Source: Candidatus Poribacteria bacterium (GTDB lineage: Bacteria; Poribacteria; WGA-4E; WGA-3G). From it: a stretch of DNA of 64,000 nt. How positions within the stretch are numbered: position 1 is the stretch's first letter; each line of letters starts with the position of its first letter. A model generated the notes under the pieces. That model saw only the letters and a program-made list of their open reading frames with translations, was not told the origin of the DNA and did no database searches. Below, in pieces: positions 1 to 9,382 of the stretch. The DNA lies in the NCBI GenBank assembly GCA_965242965.1, contig OZ251518.1, positions 608,001 through 672,000 of the forward strand. The letters are read 5' to 3'. Made by a program: the position numbers and the translations under genes.

Positions 1-11
1 TGAGCATTAGC

Positions 12-827
12 GTGACATGCCTTGCGGCGTTACCGCCTGCTATCGTCAATGAGAACGATGGCGGGGAGATGGTGCTGATTCCGGCAGGTGCCTATCTCAT
101 GGGAAGCACCTCGGAACAGACTGCCGCATTGGTGGCGAAAGACGCGCGCCTCTCCCCCGATTTTTTCCACGCCGAAAGTCCGCAGCATTCTGTCCAACTC
201 TCCGATTTCTACATCGACCGGCATCCGGTGACGAATGCGCAGTATGCCGCTTTTATGGCGGCGACCGGGCATCCCGCACCGAAGTATTGGACAGACGCGC
301 CTCAGATGGGTGCGGCGGAACCGTTTCCGATCGGCGCGCGGCACGGCAGTCACCCTGTTGTCGGTATCTCTTACGCCGATGCTTTGGCATATTGCAAGTG
401 GACAGGGAAACGGCTCCCGACAGAAGCGGAATGGGAGAAGGCGGCGCGCGGCGGACTCGTCAATCAGCAATATCCGTGGGGCAATGAACCCTCCCGTAAT
501 TATGCCAACACCGGCGGCGTATGGGGAAAAGATAGGTGGTTCTGGACCGCGGTTGTCGGCAGCTTCCTTCCCAATGCTTACGGCTTGTCTGACATGGCAG
601 GCAACGTGTTTGAGTGGTGCGCCGATTGGTATGCCGCCGATTACTATCCGCAGAGCCCATCTCGCAATCCGCGGGGCCCTGAAACCGGACAGACGCGCGT
701 TCTCCGCGGCGGTTCGTGGAGCAACAATATCTTGGGCATTTATCAGATGCGGTGTGCTTATCGCTTCCATGCGCGTCCTGATACTCGCAATCTGATTATT
801 GGTTTCCGCTGCGCGTTAACGCCTTAA
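12..827 (+). CDS. Formylglycine-generating enzyme (FGE-sulfatase/SUMF1) domain protein, probably 5'-truncated by the window edge
   Basis: Motifs MVLIPAGAYLMGS, HPVTNAQY, KRLPTEAEWEKAARGG, DMAGNVFEWCADWY, RVLRGGSW, IGFRCA; frame is open to the window start. Confidence 0.9.
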   Translation: MTCLAALPPAIVNENDGGEMVLIPAGAYLMGSTSEQTAALVAKDARLSPDFFHAESPQHSVQLSDFYIDRHPVTNAQYAAFMAATGHPAPKYWTDAPQMGAAEPFPIGARHGSHPVVGISYADALAYCKWTGKRLPTEAEWEKAARGGLVNQQYPWGNEPSRNYANTGGVWGKDRWFWTAVVGSFLPNAYGLSDMAGNVFEWCADWYAADYYPQSPSRNPRGPETGQTRVLRGGSWSNNILGIYQMRCAYRFHARPDTRNLIIGFRCALTP

Positions 828-829
828 TC

Positions 830-2115
830 CGGTAGGAGACCTCCTGGTCTCAATTCCCCCGCCGTATCGGGACAAGGGCCCACCTCTGTAGTTCGGGAGC
901 ACCCGCTCCCGAACAGGTCAGGATCTGTTTTTTTTCGTAGCGCGGGGGCCTGTCCCCCGCGATCGTTGCATGGCGAGGGACAGGCCCTCGCCCTACGGTG
1001 AAGGGGCGGCGTTTTTTATCGCAGCGCGGTTGCCTGTTCTCCGCGAGCGGGCGTTTTTTTTCGTAGCGCGGGGGCCTGTCCCCCGCGATCTCCATCGTCA
1101 AGAGGCCATCTTAGGTCCTTTAGGACCTACATGTCTATAGCAGCCCGTGTCGGCCCGTTTTCAAGGTCCTTTAGGACCTTAATAAAAAACACGCCGCATC
1201 TCAAAACCTATTAAGGACCTAAAGGACCTTAAGCTTCTTCGCCAGCGCGCGTGCTATAGACATTAAGGTCTTACAGACCTTTTTGTTCTCCCCTCTCTGT
1301 AGTTTGTGATCGCCTGATCACAAACGGGTGAGGATCGCTTGGTAAATATGCCAGAGCTTCAGGCGATCTTAACCTACAGAGCCTGGCGAGCCAGCGAGCG
1401 ATGGCGAGGGACAGGCCCTCGCCCCTACGTGAAAGGGTGACCTTTTTTACCGTAGCGCGGGGGCCTGTCCCCCGCGATCTCCATCGTCAAGAGTGGCGTT
1501 TTAGGTCCGTTAGGACCTACATGTCTATAGAAAAACATGCCGGCTCACGTCAAGGTCCGTTAGGACCTTAATAAAAAAAACACGCCGCATTTCAAAGCCT
1601 ATTAAGGACCTAAAGGACCTTAGCGTTTTTCACAGCCTCACGTGCTATAGACATTCAGGTCCTACGGACCTGAAGAGAACCAGAGACGTTTTTCCAGAGA
1701 GCGAACGATGGCGAGGGATGGCGTTTTTTTTCGTAGCGCGGGGGCCTGTCCCCCGCGATCTCCATCGTCAAGAGGCCATCTTAGGTCCTTTAGGACCTAC
1801 ATGTCTATAGCAGCCCGTGTCGGCCCGTTTTCAAGGTCCTTTAGGTCCTTAATAAAAAACGCGCGGACCCAGCAAAATCTATTAAGGACCTAAAGGACCT
1901 TAGGCTTCTTCGCCAGCGCGCGTGCTATAGACATTAAGGTCTTACAGACCTAAGAAGCGTTTTTTTTCGTAGCGCGTGGGCCCTCGGATGCGATACGCGC
2001 ATCCGAGCGGGTTTCCCCCGCGATCGTTACATGGCGAGGGACAGGCCCTCGCCCTACGGTGAAGGGGGCTCTCTGCCGCCCTATTGCATCGAGACCAGGA
2101 GGTCTCTCCTACCGG
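830..2115. repeat. Cluster of GTAG-headed REP-like palindromes plus three ~170-bp AGGTCC/CTATAG units
   Basis: Repeated GTAGCGCGGGGGCCTGTCCCCCGCG, GTAGGGCGAGGGCCTGTCCCTCGCC, GTAGGAGA(GA)CCTCCTGGTCTC, GTAGTTTGTGATCGCCTGATCACAAAC; AGGTCCTTTAGGACCT units at 1113-1280, 1503-1671, 1783-1951. Confidence 0.9.
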
Positions 2116-2132
2116 GGAAAACAACATCCCCC

Positions 2133-4025
2133 TCACAATTCAATCAATTCATCAACGCCTTCAACAATTTTCAAAAACCGATTCACTTTGACACCGGAAA
2201 AACGATGCACGGTGCCACTAGGCCACCGAATCTCCAATGCCACGTTATCTCTCATCCCCAAGCCGAAATGCACGCGCAGGTCGTTTTGTGAGAGATAACT
2301 TGAACCACTCCGCACCTCTCTCACTTGACGATGCTCACCAGCCGTGAGGACGACACGCGCACCGATGGATTTGCCGCGCAACGTGAGAATTAACCAATTC
2401 CCCATGCGAGCTCCGCCATCGTTCCGTAAAATATCCACGCTATCGCCGACATTGGAGACGACGATATCCAGATCTCCATCGTTATCCAGGTCCCCCACCG
2501 CGCTGCCGCGACTGGAACGAATTAACGCCAACCCTGAACCGCTCTCCTCGGCGACATCGATGAACGTGCCATCGCCTTTGTTCCAAAAAAGGTGGTTTCG
2601 CTGCGCATACGTCGTTGAACTATCGATGAGCGTGACGTTGTCGTGGATATGTCCATTCGCGACGAAAATGTCCTGAAACCCATCCTGGTCAAAGTCAAAA
2701 AAATTCACACCCCATGCTAAATAGGGGAGGCTGACGGTTGCGGTACGCGAGGCATCTGTCCTGTCCGTGAAAAACCCATCGCCGTCATTGTGATAGAGCG
2801 TGTTGGTTTGGTGCTGGAAGTTGGTAACCCCGAGGTCAAGGCGCGCGTCGTTGTCGTAATCACCGAAGGCGACACCCATGCCGTTTTCAACTAGACCGTG
2901 CTCGCTGAGCGCAACGCCCGCGAGTTGACTCTGCTCCTGAAACTTACCGTTCCCATCGTTGACATAAAGGAAATTGGCATCGGCATCGTTGGCGACGTAA
3001 AGTTCAGCATCACCATCGTTGTCAACATCGCCGAAGGTTACGCCTAAGCCGCGCGCCGCAAAAGTGCCAAACCCAGCCTCGCGCGTCGCTTCGGTAAATG
3101 TGCCATCGCCGTTATTCCGAAAGAAAACGTCTTTCACGCCGTGATATGCACGCGGACTGCAGTAGACCAGGATGCCGTTGACCCGGCACGGCGTATGCGT
3201 TTCCACTGAAAATGTAACGTAGTTCGCGACGTAAAGTTCCAGGTCTCCATCAGCGTCCACATCTGCGAAGGCACAGCCTGCGCTCCACGCCGGCACCTCA
3301 ACGCCTGCCGCCGCCGTTGTATCGGTAAACGTCCCATCACCGTTATTCCGATAAAGCACGTTCGGACCGAAGTTCGTCACGTAAATATCCAGCCAACCGT
3401 CATTATCATAATCGCCGACGCAGACCCCTACCCCGTAACCGCGATGTCCCACGCCGCTCGCTTCAGTAACATCAACGAAATGCCCGTTGCCATCGTTGCG
3501 ATAGAGACGATTCATCGCCGTAGGAGAGACCTCCCGGTCTCGATTCCCCGTAGGAGAGCCCTCCTGGTCTCGACTCCCCCCGTATCGGGACAAGGATGTC
3601 CCTCCTACCCGGACATCAGTAGGAGAGACCTCCCGGTCTCGACTCCTCCCCGTAGGAGAGCCCTCCTGGTCTCGATGTGTTTCGTATCGGGACAAGGATG
3701 TCCCTCCTACCCGGACATCGGTAGGCGCGCCCTCCTGGTCTCGATGCAACCTCCCCGTAGGAGAGACCTCCCGGTCTCGATTCCCCCCTGCATCCAAATT
3801 CGCGCCGTTAACGAGATAGATATCGACATCGTCATCGTTATCGTAATCAAACAACGCAACCCCAGAACCCAGCGTTTCAACGAAATACTTCTTGTAGCTG
3901 CGGCCATCTACGTGCGTGAAACTAACGCCGCTTTGCGCAGTTACGTCTGTGAATGTGACAGCCGGGCGCGCGTTCGCATAAGAAATAATAAGAGAGATGG
4001 AAATGAATAGGTATCCGATTTTCAT
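2133..4025 (-). CDS. CRTAC1-family (FG-GAP repeats + ASPIC/UnbV) secreted protein with a 90-aa REP-derived insertion
   Basis: Signal peptide; repeated GDYDNDGxLD motifs; C-terminal GSSYLSQNDLRVHFGLG and IRWPSG. Confidence 0.9.
   Translation of the reverse strand: MKIGYLFISISLIISYANARPAVTFTDVTAQSGVSFTHVDGRSYKKYFVETLGSGVALFDYDNDDDVDIYLVNGANLDAGGNRDREVSPTGRLHRDQEGAPTDVRVGGTSLSRYETHRDQEGSPTGRSRDREVSPTDVRVGGTSLSRYGGSRDQEGSPTGNRDREVSPTAMNRLYRNDGNGHFVDVTEASGVGHRGYGVGVCVGDYDNDGWLDIYVTNFGPNVLYRNNGDGTFTDTTAAAGVEVPAWSAGCAFADVDADGDLELYVANYVTFSVETHTPCRVNGILVYCSPRAYHGVKDVFFRNNGDGTFTEATREAGFGTFAARGLGVTFGDVDNDGDAELYVANDADANFLYVNDGNGKFQEQSQLAGVALSEHGLVENGMGVAFGDYDNDARLDLGVTNFQHQTNTLYHNDGDGFFTDRTDASRTATVSLPYLAWGVNFFDFDQDGFQDIFVANGHIHDNVTLIDSSTTYAQRNHLFWNKGDGTFIDVAEESGSGLALIRSSRGSAVGDLDNDGDLDIVVSNVGDSVDILRNDGGARMGNWLILTLRGKSIGARVVLTAGEHRQVREVRSGSSYLSQNDLRVHFGLGMRDNVALEIRWPSGTVHRFSGVKVNRFLKIVEGVDELIEL
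3519..3788. repeat. In-frame array of 8 REP-like palindromes inside the CRTAC1 gene
   Basis: 6x GTAGGAGAG(A/C)CCTCC(C/T)GGTCTCG-type and 2x GTAGGAGGGACATCCTTGTCCCG; 270 nt. Confidence 0.9.
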
Positions 4026-7000
4026 AGGCGCAGTTCCGGCAATCCCTCCACAATCCGCAACGTCTCCAAACTCACCGTAATCACCGAACCGATGAGTTCC
4101 ACGAGATACCGCGGGCGCGCCGCATCGTTCGGATCGTTGACAATGCCACTCCGTTTATCTGTCTTCACCTGATACTGATCGATCACCCACTCCAACGCTG
4201 AACGGGTGCCGAGCCGATACGCAAACGCCTCTGCCGGAATATCTGCCAACGTGAGATACTCGTTATATTTCAGTTGCGTTTTGTCCTTGGATAACCGCAT
4301 CCGTTCCACGCGCAAGTCAAGCGGCGCATCAGGTTTGGTGATGAAATTGAGCGGATACTGGGGCGATGTCTCATAATTGAGGTGCAGTTCGGCGAGTTGC
4401 GCACCGGCGTTCGCGAATGCCCAGAAGTCCTCGGCATAGGGGATGTGCGGTAAATCGCGCTTCATGTCGGCGGCGTAACGTTCGCGATATTCGGGATGGT
4501 GCAAGACAGCGTAATTATAGTGGAAAATATCCCACTTTGTGATAGTGGTATCGCCGTAATGTGCGCGGAAGTCTTGCAACGCCCAGTCGGTGATGTTTTC
4601 GCGGCGGTTAGTGCCATCTTCATCGTAAATATAGAAGGGGAAGCATTGTGAACCGCTTTGCGGCATGCTGTCGCAAATTTTGTTCGTCATGAGCGCGAAC
4701 ATGGGCCAGTCTTGCCCCGTTTTGAGCCAGATGACCTGGTTTTCTCTTTCGGTATCAAGAATGGGAAAGATAGAGGGAAATCTCCCAACCCGTTCGTTAA
4801 GCGTTCTGTCAAAATAGAGAGTTGACTTTGTAAACGGACGATAGAGGGTTGTCCGAATGTTCTCGGGCACGAATTCAATGGGCATCCCTTTTTCCAATGC
4901 CGATTTCAGTTTGGTGCTCCACTTGATTTTCGTGCCATCGGTATTCACGAAATTATCGACATCGACATCCTGAACTGTCCGCCGTTTCCATTTGCCCTCT
5001 TCTGCATGGTAGAAGTCGAGCATCTCGGTTAGTTTTTCGGTGAGAGTCTGTCGGTTGAAGTTGTAAACCCATGCATCGCGACTTGTTGTAACACCGAGGC
5101 TAAACGAGTGGAAGATCACTCCCTCTGCTTGTCCCTTCGTGCGTTTGGCTGATTTACTACCTATCGGGATGAAGGTTGTCCATTCGTCGCGGAGTCCTTC
5201 GGTGAGCCACGTGTGCCGTTCGTCAGGCGTGAGTGTTTGCCACGGGATATTCCCGAGGTTTTCGACTTGCGCGAGGAAGTCGAATTTCTGGTTTTTGTTC
5301 CACGCGTCATCGGTGCGGTAGTAGAAAATACGAGCAGAATTGTCCCTGTTACCGTAGGGCGAGGGCCTGTCCCTCGCCATGTCATGATCGCGGGGGACAG
5401 GCCCCCGCGCTACGGTAGAGAGCGGTTCTTCTGCGTCATGATCGCGGGGGACAGGATTGTCCCCGTTACCGTAGGGCGAGGGCCTGTCCCTCGCCATGTC
5501 ATGATCGCGGGGGACAGGCCCCCGCGCTACGGTAGAAAACGGTTCTTCTGCGTCGCGCTCGCGGGGGACAGGATTGTCCCCGTTACCGTAGGGCGAGGGC
5601 CTGTCCCTCGCCATGTCATGATCGCGGGGGACAGGCCCCCGCGCTACGGTAGAAAACGGTTCTTCTGCGTCATGCTCGCGGGGGACAGGCCCCCGCGCTA
5701 CGGTAGAAAACGGCTCCTTCGCCGTGTTCTTGACGAAGATGTTGATGCTTACGCCGACCTGGATGCCGAAGACGCTTGCATCGGAGACGAGTTTACCTCG
5801 CCGCGCATTTCCGCCGAGGTCGAGGATATAGATCTCGTCAAAATCGGTGGCAAGATGCTTTCGCATTCCATCAAACGCCTTTGCGTCAAGAAAACCGTTG
5901 TTCGTCACTAAGGCGACGATACCCGACTTGCCGATTCTGTCCGATGCCCAGCGAATCGATTTGACATACGTATCGTAGAGTGTATTCTTGGCACTGGCTT
6001 TTGAGTCCAAGGCGTAGGTTTCCCGCAGTCGTTTGTCCATCGCGGGATACTTCCGATTTTGGTTGTTATCGTTCGCGTTCTGCTGTCCGACGTTATAAGG
6101 CGGGTTACCGATAATCACGAACATCGGTGCAGTCTTCTGTTTCTCGACGCGCGCCGTGTTTTCGGCGGTTAAGAGGGACAGCTGCCGGTCTTCCGCCAGA
6201 TCGAACGTGTCGACAAGCGAGATGCCTTCAAACGGGAGATAGGTGTTGGTGGCACTGTAAAACTCGCGTTCGATGTTGAGGCTGGCGATGTAATACGGTA
6301 GCAACAGCACTTCGTTGCACCAGAGTTCGGAACGATATTTCGCTTCCAGTTTGAACGTGTCAATTTCGCGCATCAGGCGGACAATGAAATTGCCGGTGCC
6401 GACGAACGGATCGATGATATGAACGCCTTCATCGGAAAGCGAACGTCCGAACTCGGTTTGGAGGAGATGGTTTACGCTCTTCACCATGAAGTCAACGATA
6501 GGTTGCGGCGTATAGACGATGCCGTGCGTATCGGCAACGTCGGCGGATGCGCCTTGGAAAAATTGTTCGTAGACGGTATTGAGGAAGTGCTGCTTCTGCG
6601 AGAAATCGACGAGGGTGGCTGCCTCGCGTTCGATTTCGCGATAGAACCGGTCGAGGCTTTGGAGGAACTCGCCTCGGCTAAACGCCTGCGCTGCAAGGGC
6701 ATCGATGACCTTTTCGATTTCGCGGGCGATGATATTGCGGCGCGTGAAATCAGGATTGTTAAACACCGTGCGGAAGGTGCGTTCTGTCAAGAGATGCTGG
6801 ACGAGCATCTTCTCCACCGCCGCTTCGGAGAGGTTGGGGTTGATGGCGGTTTGGCAGAGTTGATGGAAATCGGCGAATGCGTTACGGAATTGCGGGTTCG
6901 TTTCGTGTTGCGTCCGGATGAGACCCGCGACCTCGCGCTCCAGTTCCGGCACGAGGGTTTTGAATTCGGCGACGGCGGCTTCCCACTTGGCGGCGTTTTC

Positions 7001-7450
7001 GCGTTCATAGCCGAAGAATAGTTGTAAAACATCGACGAGAGTGCCCGGGTCGGTGATGTCCGCGTCCAGCACTTCCTTGCCGTTCTGATAGAGAATGGCG
7101 CGTTCCGGCGTTTGGAAGAGGATGTTGTCCTGTGGGTAATCGGCATCGAACTTGGTTTGGATTTCGGCACGGAGGTTTCCGTGAACGCCTTTCGCCTCCC
7201 AAGTGCCGCGCGGTAACCGGTGCCGGTCGAACAGCATGCCATCTAAACGGATAGGATTTCTGCCGGGGACGCGAAGCGTTTGCTCACAGATGAGCGTCCA
7301 CTTTACCTGTCGTGCACAGGTTTCCAGCAGTGTTTGGAAGGCGGCGCGCACGGCGGTCTCGTGCGTGGCGCGCTGGTGCCGGTATTCGTCCAGCGCGGTG
7401 TAATAGGTAGTCACCACTTTGTGGTGCGGTTTGAGATTCAATGTCGGCAT
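4022..7450 (-). CDS. Single-chain restriction-modification enzyme: N-terminal PD-(D/E)xK-like nuclease, N6-adenine MTase and type ISP-like C-terminal specificity domain; no helicase
   Basis: RLDG...WEAK; GIVYTPQPIVDFMV; motif I DPFVGTGNF; motif IV GNPPY; YRPFTK, DIFHYNYAVLHHPEYRERY and RSALEWVIDQY typical of type ISP C-termini. Confidence 0.85.
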   Translation of the reverse strand: MPTLNLKPHHKVVTTYYTALDEYRHQRATHETAVRAAFQTLLETCARQVKWTLICEQTLRVPGRNPIRLDGMLFDRHRLPRGTWEAKGVHGNLRAEIQTKFDADYPQDNILFQTPERAILYQNGKEVLDADITDPGTLVDVLQLFFGYERENAAKWEAAVAEFKTLVPELEREVAGLIRTQHETNPQFRNAFADFHQLCQTAINPNLSEAAVEKMLVQHLLTERTFRTVFNNPDFTRRNIIAREIEKVIDALAAQAFSRGEFLQSLDRFYREIEREAATLVDFSQKQHFLNTVYEQFFQGASADVADTHGIVYTPQPIVDFMVKSVNHLLQTEFGRSLSDEGVHIIDPFVGTGNFIVRLMREIDTFKLEAKYRSELWCNEVLLLPYYIASLNIEREFYSATNTYLPFEGISLVDTFDLAEDRQLSLLTAENTARVEKQKTAPMFVIIGNPPYNVGQQNANDNNQNRKYPAMDKRLRETYALDSKASAKNTLYDTYVKSIRWASDRIGKSGIVALVTNNGFLDAKAFDGMRKHLATDFDEIYILDLGGNARRGKLVSDASVFGIQVGVSINIFVKNTAKEPFSTVARGPVPREHDAEEPFSTVARGPVPRDHDMARDRPSPYGNGDNPVPRERDAEEPFSTVARGPVPRDHDMARDRPSPYGNGDNPVPRDHDAEEPLSTVARGPVPRDHDMARDRPSPYGNRDNSARIFYYRTDDAWNKNQKFDFLAQVENLGNIPWQTLTPDERHTWLTEGLRDEWTTFIPIGSKSAKRTKGQAEGVIFHSFSLGVTTSRDAWVYNFNRQTLTEKLTEMLDFYHAEEGKWKRRTVQDVDVDNFVNTDGTKIKWSTKLKSALEKGMPIEFVPENIRTTLYRPFTKSTLYFDRTLNERVGRFPSIFPILDTERENQVIWLKTGQDWPMFALMTNKICDSMPQSGSQCFPFYIYDEDGTNRRENITDWALQDFRAHYGDTTITKWDIFHYNYAVLHHPEYRERYAADMKRDLPHIPYAEDFWAFANAGAQLAELHLNYETSPQYPLNFITKPDAPLDLRVERMRLSKDKTQLKYNEYLTLADIPAEAFAYRLGTRSALEWVIDQYQVKTDKRSGIVNDPNDAARPRYLVELIGSVITVSLETLRIVEGLPELRL
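5336..5716. repeat. In-frame 117-bp tandem repeat built from REP-like palindromes inside the R-M gene
   Basis: GCTACGGTAG recurs at 5409, 5526, 5643 (period 117); unit encodes EPFSTVARGPVPRDHDMARDRPSPYGNGDNPVPRxxDAE. Confidence 0.9.
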
Positions 7451-7458
7451 ATTTTCTC

Positions 7459-8235
7459 CTATGCAGCGTTCGGGAGTTGTAACGTTGTGCGGATAGCGTG
7501 GCGGACTTCAGTGCAGATATACACGGCATGTTCAACCTCCGCTTCTGTTGCATAATAGGTTTCATAGCGGACATCCATGGCGTGTGGTTTGAATCTCTCG
7601 AAGTCAAGCCGCCATGCGCGCCACTCGGGGCGCGTCGGGACGATCAGATTCAACAATTCGTTTAAATCGTGCGTCCGCGGCACCGGCAAGTTTGCCTCTT
7701 GTAGCCACGCCTTGAGGTATTTCTCGATACACATCTGCGCGTGGGACCAGATTAAGTCATAGAGTTTGGATGTCAATGCCTGTTGAAACCGCTCGATTCC
7801 TGCCCAATGTGATTCGGCTGGCCTCACTTTTTCGAGCGTCAAGGGATTGATAACCCCGTTTTCCTCCCAGATGGGCACCAAAGCATCTTCGGCGAGTTCT
7901 ATCGGCGGCAATGCGTTTTCTGTGTCGTAAAGCACGCTGCCTTTTTCGATTACCTCTCGCAGAAACCAGTCGTTGTGTGAGACGCGATACGCAATATCTG
8001 CAGGTGAACGGACGAGTAAGTCCATCGGGAACCGCTGCGGAATACGCCGCTGAATCTCGTTTCTTTTCTCTCGCCGTTCTGTCTCGGTGACATCCATCAC
8101 CACGAACAGGTCGACATCCGATTCTTCTGTCGGCGGGTTGCCATACGCGTAAGAACCGAAGAGGATAACCTGCAGCGGCGCGAATTCGCGGACAATGTCA
8201 TCGCAAGTGGCTTGAATCTGTTTTGCGGAAATCAT
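7459..8235 (-). CDS. Fused minimal nucleotidyltransferase (MNT)-HEPN protein, copy 2
   Basis: ILFGSYAYG...SDVDL (MNT); HAQMCIEKYLKAWL...PRTHDL...VRY (HEPN). Confidence 0.85.
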   Translation of the reverse strand: MISAKQIQATCDDIVREFAPLQVILFGSYAYGNPPTEESDVDLFVVMDVTETERREKRNEIQRRIPQRFPMDLLVRSPADIAYRVSHNDWFLREVIEKGSVLYDTENALPPIELAEDALVPIWEENGVINPLTLEKVRPAESHWAGIERFQQALTSKLYDLIWSHAQMCIEKYLKAWLQEANLPVPRTHDLNELLNLIVPTRPEWRAWRLDFERFKPHAMDVRYETYYATEAEVEHAVYICTEVRHAIRTTLQLPNAA

Positions 8236-9017
8236 GAGGTTGTATCTCCGTTGTTCGGGAGTTGTAGCGTTGTGCGGATAGCGTGGCGGACTTCGGTGCA
8301 GATATGCACAGCATGTTCAGCGTCTGCCTCCGTCGCGGAATAGGTTTCATAGCGGACATCCACGGCGTGTGGCTTGAATCTCTCGAAGTCAAACCGCCAT
8401 GCATGCCACTCGGGGCGCGTCCGCACAATCAGGCGCAACAACTCGTTTAAATTGTGCGTCCGAGGCACACGCAGATTCGCCTCCTGCAGCCACGCCTTCA
8501 GGTATTTTTCGACACACTGCTGCGCGTGGAAACAGATTTGATCGCGGAGAGGTCTGGGTGCCTGCTGCACCAGTGTCAGCATCGTATCCCAATCATCCTC
8601 AGCATTCTGCACTTTCTCGCGTGTCAATGGATTCATGGTCCCGTTTTCTTCCCAGACCGGCACCAAAGCATCCTCGGCGAGTGTCATCGGCGGCAATGCG
8701 TCTTCTGTCTCGTAAAGCACGTGCCCTTTTTCGATTACCTCGCGGAGGAACCAGTCGTTATGCGAGAAACGATACGCGATATCCTCCCGCGAACGAACCT
8801 GCAAATCGAGAGGGAAACGTTCGGGGATACGTTCTTTAATCTCGCATCGCTGCTGCCACGTCTCTGATTTTAGAATATCCATCACAACGAGCAGATCGAT
8901 GTCGGAGTCTTCAGTTGGCGCGCCATATGCGTAAGAACCGAAGAGGATAACCTGCAGCGGCGCGAATTCGCGAACGATGTCATCGCAGGTGGCTTGAATT
9001 TCTTTTGCGGAAATCAT
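8232..9017 (-). CDS. Fused MNT-HEPN protein, copy 1
   Basis: ILFGSYAYG...DSDIDL; FHAQQCVEKYLKAWL...PRTHNL...VRY; ATG at 9017 with GGAGA RBS, same context as copy 2. Confidence 0.85.
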   Translation of the reverse strand: MISAKEIQATCDDIVREFAPLQVILFGSYAYGAPTEDSDIDLLVVMDILKSETWQQRCEIKERIPERFPLDLQVRSREDIAYRFSHNDWFLREVIEKGHVLYETEDALPPMTLAEDALVPVWEENGTMNPLTREKVQNAEDDWDTMLTLVQQAPRPLRDQICFHAQQCVEKYLKAWLQEANLRVPRTHNLNELLRLIVRTRPEWHAWRFDFERFKPHAVDVRYETYSATEADAEHAVHICTEVRHAIRTTLQLPNNGDTTS

Positions 9018-9054
9018 GAGGTTGTGTCTCCGTTTTTTTTGGGGTTTTGATTTT

Positions 9055-9119
9055 AGTATAACATGCAAAGGTCGGAAATGTCAAGATGTTTTGCAATAAA
9101 ACGATTTTCGTGGTAAACT
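9055..9119. promoter_or_regulatory. Divergent sigma70-like promoters
   Basis: Minus strand TTGACA(9079-84)-18-TATACT(9055-60); plus strand TTGCAA(9091-96)-17-TAAACT(9114-19). Confidence 0.55.
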
Positions 9120-9355
9120 GAGGGTGTTTCATAACTCCGTTTCAGAATTTATCCCGCCTTGGAGGGCGGGCGAATACCGGCAGGCATTGGGCCCACCTCT
9201 GTAGTTCGGGATCGCCAGATCCCGAACAGGTCAGGATCAGGCGATCCTGACCTACAGAGGAGATGAGGTCTGACACCAAAACGCATGGCGAGGGACAGGC
9301 CCTCGCCCTACGGTACCGGATGCCGTTTTTTTTACGCCTCGTTTTAGGTCCTTAA
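9120..9355. mobile_element. Partial MITE-like element (one terminal repeat) with REP modules
   Basis: GAGGGTGTTTCATAACTCCGTTTC... end shared with the 38896 copy and, in reverse, with 22984, 27590 and 50871. Confidence 0.65.
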
Positions 9356-9382
9356 AATCGCCTGTGGATAGGAAAAGATACC

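Noticed and set aside
5213-7021. Long antisense ORFs opposite real genes (also 11987-12877, 24912-25796, 26349-27140, 56138-57004)
   Set aside because: Shadow frames of GC-rich coding sequence with no recognisable motifs.
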